A DNA stretch of 58,427 bases, the filler included, from Sphacelaria rigidula (taxonomy: Eukaryota), in NCBI GenBank assembly GCA_964200075.2. It is 10 parts of 10 records of this genome, joined end to end, with 100 filler letters (N's around TTAATTAATTAA, not from the genome) between each part and the next. Parts side by side here need not be neighbours in the genome. Positions count along the whole stretch, not along the records: positions 11,707 to 17,459 come from CAXNAA020024720.1; positions 17,560 to 23,312 come from CAXNAA020024721.1; positions 23,413 to 29,165 come from CAXNAA020024722.1; 7 more parts are not named here. One strand, written 5' to 3'. Position numbers and translations under genes: made by a program. The notes beneath the pieces were generated by a model, which was not told the DNA's origin, searched no databases, and saw only the letters and a program-made list of their open reading frames with translations. Below are positions 13,587 to 25,239 of this stretch, piece after piece; the stretch's first letter is position 1; the number at the start of each line of letters is the position of its first letter.

Positions 13587-14034
13587 GAATCTTCCATGTA
13601 TCGGAGCTTGGCACGATCTACGTGAATATTTTCGGTGCCTAAGCTGCTGGTTCATATCGCCGTTACTCCTTTCCAGTTTCGTTCAACCCGGGGAAGCAGG
13701 GATGGATGCTCTTACCTTAGTTGGTCTGCTGCTCAGTACGCCGCTCAGATGTATAAGCTCGGCCACGAGAGCAATACAAGAGCCTCGAGACCGAAAATTG
13801 GCGAAAATTGGCATGTTTCGTTTTGTTCCTTCGCGGTTGCCGATGGAAAGGCATCCTGGTGTTACACACACGGCTTGATATTGTAGCGCCATGCTTTGGT
13901 GACAGTGTTTTTTTACTATACATGATACATGTGTGTTCTTCCCCCCCCCCCTCCCTGCCCCCCGCCCCCGCCACCTTAGGGTTGGCGTTGGTTGGCAACA
14001 ATGATGTAAAACACGCCTCTCACTGCGTTATCTA

Positions 14035-14510
14035 GGCAACGGCATTACCGCTTGTAGTTTTCGCTAGCGTGCTGAGCGGTAACCATAATGGTCGAGTTAA
14101 ATCATCTTGTGCGGGGTGGGTTATATGGTGAGATACCCATGAGGCAGTGTGGAAACCGTGGCTGTCTCTGGAAGTGTTGATACCACACAATGCAGCAGCT
14201 CATTCGAAAAGCTGTCATCCACATGCATTATACTTGGTATGCTTCGGGCCGAACAATCTTGGCAGGGCGTAGCTCACCCCTCATGCGCCTTGCCGAACAC
14301 ATCGCGGCGCTTCACGCTTGGTGATCAACTGCGAGCCTATTCCGGCGATAAGCCGGCGTGCTCCGTCACGGCTTTGTAGGGGTGCGAGGTCACTTGTCAC
14401 ATGACTACGATATGCAAGATCATGAGTACACCCCCTTCCCCCCCCCCATGGCGAGGTGCTCCGCGTCTCGAAAGGGATGCGTGGGCAATGATCAAGCGAC
14501 GAAGGCAAGT
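14035..14510 (-). repeat. Copy of dispersed repeat family A
   Basis: Reverse complement of the CCCTACAAAGCCGGGACGGAGCA..ATCACCAAGCGCGAAGCGCCG core also present in contigs 4, 6 and 10. Confidence 0.85.
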
Positions 14511-14568
14511 AACAAATGAGTACACCCCCTCCCCCCCCTCCCCCCGGGCGCTCGCCGCATGTACCCAG

Positions 14569-14736
14569 GTGGTCGCCACGTTAGAAAGGCTTTCTGTAGC
14601 TGAGATCAGATTGGAGGCGGAGGAGGACATGTGTAAGTATAACCACCTCGTGCGCTACTATGAAGGCCTGGGGTTCAGACAGCCGAAAGGCTCCCGAGTG
14701 CGCTACCTGCACAACGACGAGCAGATGTTTCGAAAG
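14569..14736 (+). CDS. Internal exon, GNAT acetyltransferase C-terminal half (possibly a stramenopile GNAT-inositol oxygenase fusion)
   Basis: CAG| 168 nt |GTGGGT, phase 0/0, C-rich tract upstream. VVATLERLSVAEIRLEAEEDMCKYNHLVRYYEGLGF..LHNDEQMFRK includes a GNAT motif-B-like YxxxGF. Confidence 0.8.
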
Positions 14737-14849
14737 GTGGGTTGGCGGTTGTAAGTGCCTAGGTGTCACGGAAAGTTTTTTTTTTCGTTTCTTGTCCGCA
14801 ACGATCTGACCCGATGGTGAGAGCGGGCACGCCTGAGGTCACCAAGAAA

Positions 14850-15810
14850 GGGCATCACCGGGGGGTTGAGATGCTGGTAGATCAAGGAATTAATCTATGC
14901 CAGAGGTTACGAAATATAAAGTACCATCGGGGCTGGAGATAGGACAAGGAATAAATCTACAGTAGTGGGCGGTCTCAGTATTTAGGGATGTTTTGGGCAT
15001 TTCCTCGCGTACTACTCTACGATAGAACTCGAAATTGCTAGCATCGGTAGATTTTGGTACAATAAATGGATCATACTCGAAACACAGTGCCCAAGTCAGT
15101 GTCAGTTGGCGTTATCGGCGAAACGAGTAAATACCCCGTTTATCAGGAGGGTGTTTTTGACTGTGAAACACAGTTTTTCGGCCTCAGTGCAACGGGTAAG
15201 CAGAATTTCTGAAAACTAAAACTGCACATTTCTTCACAAATTTGATCGGGACAGGCTCGATCGACCGAAAATACAGATGAGTAAGAATTTAGGCTGAAAC
15301 GTGACAGGACCCCCGATGACCGGTCAGCCCGTAAGTCACTCATTATTGGGTACATATATATATATTTTTTTTTTCTTGGAATGTGGAGCGGATACAAATA
15401 GCTTCAGATCCCCGACATGATGAGCGGTGGCAAGCGGAAAGAGCCCGAGAAAATCGCCAATTACAATAAAATCACAAAATGCCACAAAATGAATAGTTAG
15501 ACCGCCCACTACTGTATGCCGGAGGTCACGAAGTATGGAGTACCATCGGCGGTTTAGATAGGATAAGGAACTAATCTATGCCGTAGGTTACTAAGTATAG
15601 AGCACCACGGGGGGTTGGGATAAAACAAGGGAGGGATCAATGCCGGAGTTTGGGAAGTATAGAGCACGACAGGGGGTTGAGATGGAACAAGGGATGGATC
15701 TATGCCGGAGACAGGAGGTTGAGATGGGACACGGAATGAATATGTGCCGGAGGTTACGAAGTATAGAGCACGACAGGGGGATTGAGATTGGACCAAGGGA
15801 TGAATATCGA
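14850..15810. repeat. 62-bp minisatellite interrupted by a MITE
   Basis: TATGCC unit starts at 14896, 14958/15515, 15577, 15639 (variant), 15701. Confidence 0.9.
14960..15514. mobile_element. Tc1/mariner-type MITE (555 bp), TA TSD
   Basis: Perfect 16-bp TIR CAGTAGTGGGCGGTCT/AGACCGCCCACTACTG; TA duplicated at 14958-59 and 15515-16. Confidence 0.92.
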
Positions 15811-17459
15811 ACGGAAAACCCTCGATGTCGATTACGGTGTAGGGGTAAAGGAAGCCCACGAAGCTACGTGGCTTCAGCCGACTCGAGGACTTCCGAGTGA
15901 GGGAAGAAGTAGATACAGCACCGGTCGGGGAAGGTGGTACTGTACCACTGTTTTGACCCCATACTGCCGCTGCGCCCCGGCGGTTTAAATTTAAAAGTAC
16001 CGACTGTCACCATTAGGGTGAAGAGAACGTGGGTCCGATACCCGATGTGTTGTGTGTGTGTGTGTGTTTTTTCGAAGCATCTGATTTCCACCGTCAAACG
16101 CGTGAGTACGTGAATAAACGACAAGTGCTTTGACTGAGTTTGGTTGGCGAGATTGACGCGGTAGGGGAGTGTTAGTCATGATCCAATCCGCGAGACCAAC
16201 TTGCAAGGCGTGTACCGGGGAGATATGGGTTGATCCCTTGTGACCACCGATTCACTCCAAGGAAGGGGAGAGGTTCAAAAGTGCGACAAAAAAAAAAAAA
16301 CACTGCTTGGGCGTGAGAACTGACTCGTAGAAAGACTGACGTATTATAGCAATAAGCATCACTGAAAAAGATATGTTATTTTTCCGAGCCATGTTACTTG
16401 AACAATATGGGACATTTTCAAGCCGAGTCATTCTCGATGAAAGAGGCAATATTATGACAAGATGAACCCTCTCTTCACTTTTCAATCTTATACCCTGTTT
16501 TCGACAGGAAAAACAGAGATATAAAACAGCGATCTGTTGAGGCGCGACTCACCCGCCCAACTAGACAGTTTTTAGTGAGATTGAATGGTGGACGATATTA
16601 CTACGTCCGGTCCGCCTTTTTGAAGTCTAGAACCGAAGAGTTGTGTAGAAATAAAATTATGTACAAGTAAAAAAAATGATGGGTAAAATTGTTGGGGTCG
16701 AATCGGCTTTTTTGGGGTTAATTAGTGTGACTGTCATTCGGGATGTAAAATAGGACCGACAAAATGAACGAACTTGGATAAAAATATATCATCAGGTCGG
16801 GTCGGACTTTTTTTATATTACGAAGGATCGTCACGCTGGAGTATGAGGTCGAGACCAAAATACGAGAAATTAATTTTTATTATAGTAACGAGCCGTTTTT
16901 TTCAGACTTCTTAGTTTTTTTTCGGAAAATTTCGCGACATTTTAGAACAAATGATGAAAAGGAATCCAAGGCTTCACGAGTTGGGCCGGCCAAAATACTT
17001 TTTTTTCGGGAGAAAGGTGACGCCACGCTGAGTTTGAAGAGTTTTGCGCTGAAATTTCGACACGACATATGGATCATCCAGACGCGACACATGTCGAGGG
17101 ATACGAAGAAACAAGATTATTACATTAAGTTAAGGCGATTCGAATTTGTAGCAAAAAATCATAAAATGTCATCACTTCATGAAGAAAATATGAAACGACC
17201 GTATCCCGCAACACTTTGCTTTTGCTTGAGCACAGGAGATCCTGGTAAACTTTCAGAGAAAACTCGTAAAATTGTGCTGCGCATGGAATTTTTTTTTTGT
17301 GATACCATTACACCCCGGTGGCCCAACTGATGGAGGAGCTTCCAATTACACAGATCACGAGTTTGTACCCCGGCATGGCGTTTTTTTATTTTTTCCCCAC
17401 AAAAGCTGGCAGATTCCCCGCCTCACTCCCCCCCCCCTCCCCCCTCCCTCGCCCCCAGT

Positions 17460-17559
17460 NNNNNNNNNNNNNNNNNNNNNNNNNNNNNNNNNNNNNNNNN
17501 NNNTTAATTAATTAANNNNNNNNNNNNNNNNNNNNNNNNNNNNNNNNNNNNNNNNNNNN
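17460..17559. other. Artificial contig linker
   Basis: N44-TTAATTAATTAA-N44. Confidence 0.99.
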
Positions 17560-18459
17560 CCCAACTTACCTTCCTTGGGAAGGTTTGGTTGTCCTATCCA
17601 CCCACTCTCCTCTATTGAACAAACTCACAAAGTGCACCCCACCCACCCACCCACCCACCCACCCACCCACAGAAAAATATTAACAGCTGCGACAGATAAT
17701 GTTTCATCCAGGAGAAGCACCAAACTCCATCCTCTTCCATTTTCCCTCCTTCTCCTCCTCCCCCTCCACCCCCTTCCTTCCCCCACTAATATTTTGAGGA
17801 AGTTAACGGTGCTGCAATATATATATATATATATCCCGAAGAAAGAGGAACCACCGAGGCCATATCTTCCCTTGAGCATACATCACGGCAAACCGCCCGC
17901 AGCGATGAAGGATGACGGAATTAAACAAAAAAACACGAAAAAATCTCCAAAAAATGTCGAAAGCCTGTCGCAGCAGAGACTGCTATACACCCTGCTAGAG
18001 ATATATCTGTGTATATTTAGAGCACAATAACATTCTGAAGCACAGCAAGACATCCAACTGCACTCGATTGCTTCTGTTTCATAAATCAAGAATAAAGAAG
18101 CAAGCAAGATAAACGCGTCTGGGCGAAGGGAGGGGAGGGGAGGCGGGGGGAGAGGAGGAACCCCTTCCCTCCCCCTCCCCCCCCACGGAAAAAAGCAAAA
18201 CAGATTCATCAGAGAGGCAGAGAGTGGGAGCGAGACTGCGGGTGAGAGAGATCAGTAGTCGCGTCTGGAGAAGAACTCCACACGGGTCCGATATCGCCCC
18301 ACTACACACACATACACACACACACACACACGGAAAAAAAAATGTCTCTCCGCCCGGTCTCACAAGCTACACCCCTCAACGCCCCCCCATTACCCACCCG
18401 GCCGCCCCTCCAGAACCATTACCCGACTACCTTCCTCTCGACAACCGTTCGCCACGTGG

Positions 18460-18486
18460 TCACCAGTAGCCACTGGGAGCATGCTG

Positions 18487-18523
<37 letters not shown>

Positions 18524-18978
18524 GCGGCGTGCACGTGCTGGAACGCCGCCCCCCCGGAGAACGTCATGCCGGGGACGAACGTGCACGACGGCTCCACCAC
18601 CTTCGCGTGCTGCAGCAGCAAACCCTGACCGCCCTCCACCAGCAGACCGTGCCCCCCGATTCTCACGAACGACTCCACGTTGCGGCGCGTGTCGTCGATC
18701 AGGAGGGTAGACCCGGGCGTGTACGGCATGCCGCGCCGCTCAAACAAGACCCGAATGAGGTCGTTCTTCGTGTACGTCTCCTGATTGCGAATCATCTCTG
18801 CGTACTGAGCGGAGTTGAGCGCCACGACGTCTCGATCGCTCACGAGGTCACCCGCGCCTATCGCCCCCAGAACTCGCCGGACGAGGTGCGAGCCCCCAAT
18901 GTGAACGGCGTCGTCTACTTCTCGCTGGAACGTCGCAATCCCGATTGGGATGCCCAGCGCGCGGCACAACTTCATTGT
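18460..18978 (-). CDS. Terminal exon of a HAD-superfamily hydrolase/phosphatase with poly-Gln tail
   Basis: Acceptor CTAAC..TTTACAG|ACA ATG, phase 0. HAD motif II (IGIATF), motif III Lys (TKND), motif IV (LLIDD..RNV); GC-rich codon usage; TGA stop. Motif I exon not found. Confidence 0.85.
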
Positions 18979-19544
18979 CTGTAAAGCGTTAGGTCCCAAC
19001 CGTTGCGGGAAGATGAGGATACGTTTTGGGGGGTAGGGGGTATGGGGTATGGGGGAGGCGGGGGGGTTGATGAGCTTCGTTCGGTGTGTTGTAACACAAA
19101 GCCGGGAATTGTGTAAATCAGGGTCCATTATTTCGGCTAGAAGAAGACAGGGGAAAGACAATGCCACGGCCACCTCCACCTATCCCGGCAGGATCGTGCC
19201 TCCAGGCTGGTAACCTTCCGAGGCTCGTGAAAAGGCGTTTTCCCGAATCGGCATGTGTTGCACTTTCGGCATCGCTCTGAGGGCCGGTCTGAGAGGGAAC
19301 CCGAGAAAACCCGGAGAAGACAAGAACAATTTGGCGCGATTCACGCCCTGTATGACGGCTGCAACTCCTGTGATCGCTGGTGGCCGTCAACTAGTCGTCA
19401 CAGTTGAAAGGATGAATCGTGGGGAAGAATATTGCTTCTCGCGGACCGACATTTTCGGCTTTCACGATCTCACCTCAACCCCGTCACCCCTGACTGGAAC
19501 CTTCGGCTCGGAGCACATGATGCTTTCTGAAAAGTGGAGGGGTT

Positions 19545-20070
19545 CCCATGGAGAGGGAGGGATGGGGGGTGCATTCATGCACTTGCATGCCGTAGTTTCA
19601 AGACCATTGACCTCGCATCCCTACAAAGCCGGGACGGAGCATGCCGGGTACTCGCCGGACCAGGCTCGCTGTCAATCACCAAGCGCGAAGCGCCGTGGTG
19701 TGTTCGGCGAATCGCGTGAAGGGTGATCTGTATCCTGCTGAGATTGTTCGGCCTGAAGCACACAAATTATCTCGCACTTGGATAACAGCCTCCAACGGGT
19801 TGCTTCGTTTTCTGGTATCACCACTTCCAGAGACAGCCACGGCTTACACACTGCCTCACGGGCGTCTCGCAATTCAAACACTACGTAGTACTATCCTCCC
19901 CTTTTGCGCGCAGTTTGGGTTCTCCGCCCTGCACAAGATGGATCTGACTTGGCCACCCTCACGTCATTATTACTATCGCCAAAAAAACGCAAGCGAGAAG
20001 AAAAAACGGCAACCTGGTTGCCTAGCTTGCGCTGTGAGAGGCGCGTTTTACAGCGTCGTTGCCAACCGAC
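19545..20070 (+). repeat. Copy of dispersed repeat family A
   Basis: Aligns by eye to 32880-33420 and, reversed, to 14035-14510. Confidence 0.85.
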
Positions 20071-20256
20071 GCCAATTCTCAGGGAGTGGAGGAGGTGGGG
20101 GGGGGGGGGGGGCACAAAAAGGGGGGAGGGGAGTAAGAGAAAAAATGGAATTTTCAAAGGGAATAAACGCTCGAAGANNNNNNNNNNCACCCTGGTGTCC
20201 TAGCGTGCGCTGTGAGGGGCGCGTTTTACCGCGTGGTTGCCAACCGCCCCCAATTC

Positions 20257-20289
<33 letters not shown>

Positions 20290-21639
20290 CCAAGATGGTG
20301 GGAGGTAGTTTAGATTAATATTGCATTTTCCCGCTGGAATTCTAGCTCGAGCAGGAGACCCACCGGGGAAGAGTGTGACCATTTCGACCGTTTTGATCGG
20401 TCACTTGATCCATTATGTTGCCGTGCAGGTGGATTATTTTGGATTGCCCCCCACAGCCTAGCCCTGCTATTTCCCAAACTGTAGCGACCATTGGACAATC
20501 CAAGTACACAGAGAGGTCGATGATATTTGCGCGTCGTGTCATCTTCGCGACCTGCCTGCTCCCGTCCCCTCAAGACAGCTGCGGCATACTCTCGTGCAGT
20601 ACAGTACAAGGTGGAAATAGGAACCGCTTGGGCTAACCCAAACGTGGCCGAGTCCAACTCAGTCCATCCGCGGGGGGGTCGCTGTTCAAGGGTTAACACA
20701 TGAATTGTCCGAAGTGTGAAACGATTTACCTTTTCCCTCAAACTCGATTTTCTCAAAGCGGCCTGTGATAATTGTCATCTTTGCTGCGAGACCAATACCA
20801 CCTCCTAAAACCCTTTGACCGCCGGGGTACGTCATCTATTGAATCGGCATCACTTTCACTCCGGAAATGACCATTTTAGCAAGAGAGCTCAGGTGAACCT
20901 ACCCTCTCCGTAAAATCGAAATCAGAGGTGAACCTGAGGAACACATTATACATTGCCCTCGCGAACTAAAAGCGCATAGTTCGAGCCGTACCTACCCATC
21001 AGCCGAGCACCTCGTGCGTGACCTTGCCCGAATCTGTTCAGATTTCAGTGAGAAACAATTATTTCAGTAAGACTCGCGCGCGGCACGCGCACTCCGAGGG
21101 TCAGCGATGGTATGTTTTTGGTTTGGTAATATGACACGCATCCGGTCGTATATCCTCCAGTAATACACAACGGATTTCCGTCACACAGAGACTGCAGTGT
21201 GCAGATGAGCGAGGGCCAGCGCTGGAGCTAATGCGTGTGAGCGGCGGGTGTTTACGCGTGTCCTGCGGGGGCTTTGTGTAGATGTTTTGCTGTCTTATCG
21301 CGTCATGTCTGTAGTAGTGCTGTGTACTGTTGGACCAAAGACCATTTCCGAAACCGCTTCATTTTCGAACCTGTGTGCAGATTTGGCCATCGACCCGGAA
21401 CGACGAAAGACGAAAGTCCCCGATGGTGAGAAGCCGTGTGTGTTTTCGTGTGTTCGCAAGACATTTTTCGGTCGAAAAATGCGACGGAGAGAAAAAATCC
21501 AATCCGATAGGTCGATAGGTCGTTCCATGTCATATCCACGTCATCTATGTTGAACTGACGGCCTATCAGATCGAATCTTTTCTTTTCCACCGCACGTTTT
21601 TCATCGCAAAATGGGTTGCTCTTTGCTCTCGGACAACGC

Positions 21640-22760
21640 GTCCTGAGGCCGTGTCTTGTCATTTTTTTCCGACTCGGAGACATGCGGTCGGAACGAATTG
21701 GTCGTAACTAGCTCGTATCTCATACGTTTATGGCATTCATGTTCTCAGATGGCTTCAACTCCATTTTGGAATTATTTTTGCGCGACGGACAGGGTGAAAA
21801 ACAGAAACGACGAGACGAAAATAAAATAAAATGTCGGGATTCGAACTCATGACCTCATCAACTGGAGTCTCTTGTATCACTTGGGGGATTCAAGGGGCAC
21901 GGCCGTGTCACACCAAAAGTCCGATGCGGCGCCCAGTTTGGAGGTATTCTTGGCGGAAACTTTAACAAGATGTCCTGGACGCGAAGGCCCACAACATTGC
22001 TTGGAGTGCAGCCGTGTTCATAATTTTTTCAAGGTGTAATACCGTTTTTTCTTCTGTTCTTGCTGAAACTTCAGCTCGCCCCAACTCCTTACTGTTTTTT
22101 TTTTTTTCCCTCTGCACGCCCAATCATAGTATTCCGCGGGTTGATGATAAAAGTCACGTGTCAAAATTTCAGCGCCTAACTTTTCGAATGATCAATCGCA
22201 TCGCCAGGATTCATTTTCGTTTCAAAGATCACTGTGGCAGCTGGCCCAGCTCGTAACTTTTTCAGTTGAAAACAAGAGGTGGAAACGGACAAAGGGGCAC
22301 ATCACTCCCACGTTGCAGACAACCACGCCAGATACCACCTCTCCACGGAACTATGCAAGGTCCACATGCTTTATCCGCAGCTACCGACTTAACCCTGCAG
22401 CATAGATCACGGACTGAGCATAGGGATACATAAAGTACAGTGATAGGGAACCGACACCACCACCCTCTTGGCATGATGTGTTTCTCCTTTGTTGGCGAAC
22501 ACCTGGGCATCTAACTTCGTGATGGGGTCCACCGACGGAGTTGCGTGTTGGGGTGGGCAACCGAATTGCTGACACGGTCATGGACAGTAGAGGTAGTGTA
22601 AAACTGCACGGGGCTCAAATATTCTTCACATCCTCCTGTATGCCGAGAGTACAGATAGCTTTGCTGCTGTACTTGCTGTCTGTGGTATGTCACGTTGCCC
22701 GCTCCTCTTCCACACCGCGCCTACTACATGCTGTACGAAACACACTGTGCAGACCAGTCA
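21640..22760 (+). repeat. Copy of dispersed repeat family B (with ~445-bp extra segment)
   Basis: Colinear with 52740-53395 (ACATGCGGTCG..GGACAGGGTGAAAAA; CGCAGCTACCGACT; ACACCACCACCCTCTTGGCAT). Confidence 0.85.
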
Positions 22761-22911
22761 GTACTGTCAGTACTGCCCGTACTGTTGCCTGTATTGGATA
22801 CAAGTAAACAAGTACCGCTTGACGAATTTCGCTTAGCTTTTCCCATCCACAGCGTGCAAATTCCGTACAAACCCATACACAACAAAACGAACTGAAACAA
22901 GTCCGCCGCAC

Positions 22912-23051
22912 GAACTCGTACGAGTCGGGAAAAGTTTGATGAGACACGGCCTGAGACTGAACTCGTTCGAGTCTGAAAAAGTTTGATGAAGCACGGCCTG
23001 AGACTGAACTCGTTCGAGTCTGAAAAAGTTTGATGAAGCACGGCCTGAAAC
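22912..23051. repeat. 47-bp tandem repeat (3 copies)
   Basis: Units at 22912, 22959, 23006. Confidence 0.95.
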
Positions 23052-23241
23052 TCGGAACACGCCGTTGTAGAGACAGATCATTTTCAAACGCGATTAAGAG
23101 ATGAAAAAAAGATTCCATCGTTTCTGGTAAGAGCGGGCCTTCCTCCTGCAGTTCAAGTCCCAAACTCTTCGGTGTCAAGCGGTTAACCCCTTGGGCACCA
23201 CGCCTCTTCTCAGAACACTTTCGTCCGCTGACCTTGACCCC

Positions 23242-23280
<39 letters not shown>

Positions 23281-23312
23281 CCGCGCGCCCGTCACCACCG
23301 GAGCCGCTGACC

Positions 23313-23412
23313 NNNNNNNNNNNNNNNNNNNNNNNNNNNNNNNNNNNNNNNNNNNNTTAATTAATTAANNNNNNNNNNNNNNNNNNNNNNNNNNNNNNNN
23401 NNNNNNNNNNNN
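23313..23412. other. Artificial contig linker
   Basis: N44-TTAATTAATTAA-N44. Confidence 0.99.
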
Positions 23413-25239
23413 GAACTACGACGAGGACGGCCCTTACACAGACGAGTGGAGTGCAGTCGCCGGGTGTGTCATGTAGGCTGGGCGGATGTTGGTCGACTTC
23501 CTCGTCATGTTCACCGTTCTACAAATTGAGCGGATGAATGACTCGCCCTGTGCAAGCGTATTTGTTGTTCCGTGGGTATGCCTTTCCATTTCATGAATAT
23601 GCATGATTTTCATCGGACTCCTAGGATATCGTGTTCCAAGAGGGCATGAAAACAAACCATCGGTCGTCACCCACCACTGCCGATACAACGGACGCGTGTC
23701 TTAAGACGGGTTGGTGCACTCAAAGACATGAGTGGGGCTTCAGTACCATGTGGCTTCAGCAAAAGTGGGCTGACGACTTTATGCTGTCTTCAGTGTCGCC
23801 TTGACGCAGTATAGTTGACTATTCGGGAGGGTAAGTTTATCCATATTGATTTTATTGTGAACACCGAAATCCGGATTTTTTCATGGGAGCTGTGCTTCTA
23901 GCATGCTCTGTGGCTTTCTTTTCTCCTTCAGTTCAGAGTTTGTCCACACTTGCCGCCAGATTATATTAGATACAAAGCTACGCTATCGATGGTGGCGTGG
24001 TGATGGCACCGGGTGCAGGAGAACGAGCGCTACTCTTGCCACTATCACAAGCGATGCACAGATGGGGGTAAATATCCGCAGACATCGAAGCCTCTAGGGG
24101 CTCGGTCAAAGGTTCAAATTCTACACCTGCCGAACATTCCACACATGCGATGTATCAACCATCTGCAGCATCCAGAGTCATTCATGGGTGTAATCTATTC
24201 TGAGGCCGTTGGACAGGGGTGACGTTTTCGCATGTCGTGAAAACCGACGAGGGTTGGAGGTGCTGGTATGCGCCCGTAGCCCAAACGGTTGCCCCCATTA
24301 CTCATCGCCAAGGCGATCGATTGGGATGCGATTTTTTGCATCATCTGCGCCAAGACGGCAGCTACAAATTCGGTGGTCGCTTTTTTTAATCTCATCCGGA
24401 TTCTAGTTTTATAACAAAATAAGTGGAGAAAACATGGGTTTTTTGCGATTTTCTCGATCACCACAACTCCTTTGGTTCCACAATGTTTCCAGATTGTAGC
24501 TTGGACAAATACACGCCGACGAGTAGCCTAGGCACGCCGTGGTTCGTAGCCCGGGACAACGAAAATGGGAAATCATCGAGTGGAAACCCCACTCAAATCA
24601 CAAGTACTTGGGGGGATTTTACGGCATGCATAATCAGGGGATGAACGACATCTCCGGTCTGTTCGTGCTTTTGGTCGGTGACACGTTTTGGGCTCATTTT
24701 GGGGGTCAGGCGCGCCCATAACTGTACGGTCATGCGAACTCAACAGTCGTGGTTGTTCTACACCGACGAGACATGCGAACCCAACAGTAGTCGTGATCAT
24801 TTTTCGTTGACCAGACTCGGTCCTGTCCATAGAAACTTCTGACCACAAGGAAAGTTCCTCGGGTGTCGGCTAGACTGCTATAAATAACGTTTTCGTGAAA
24901 TCGAGAGTAGAGCGCCGATTGAGAATAGCTTTTATCATTCGATTTCACTTGGCCAAATATTCCTTCTGTGTGTGCTCTTCTTTGCCTCTATCACCCGCGC
25001 GTGCTTTCAGTGACACGTCGATATCATAATGAGGGATATCAAGGGCCTCAGTGGCAAGCTACTATAGAGAGCATATAGTGCGTCGTGGAGGTGCATTTCG
25101 GAACTGAAATTAATCATCCACATATCGACCGCCTTACGCTCTCACTGTGTAGTATCTACTCTCAATCTCACGAAAGCACTGTTTAGCCGTCGGGCTCGGT
25201 GCTGATTTACATTTCCCAAACAGTTCATCCGAATTTTCC

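Noticed and set aside
18342..18984. Plus-strand ORFs of 122 and 167 aa
   Set aside because: Antisense shadows of the GC-rich HAD exon.
19990..20290. Near-duplicate ~70-bp segments on either side of a 10-N gap
   Set aside because: Both abut poly-G runs and differ by error-like substitutions; most likely a scaffolding or read-error artefact.
21825..21900. tRNA gene on the minus strand
   Set aside because: Only a box-B-like GTTCGAATC is present; the T-stem and acceptor stem do not pair.
22912..23051. CRISPR-like array (also the 41-, 62- and 63-bp repeats)
   Set aside because: Contiguous tandem units without unique spacers, no cas genes, eukaryotic context.
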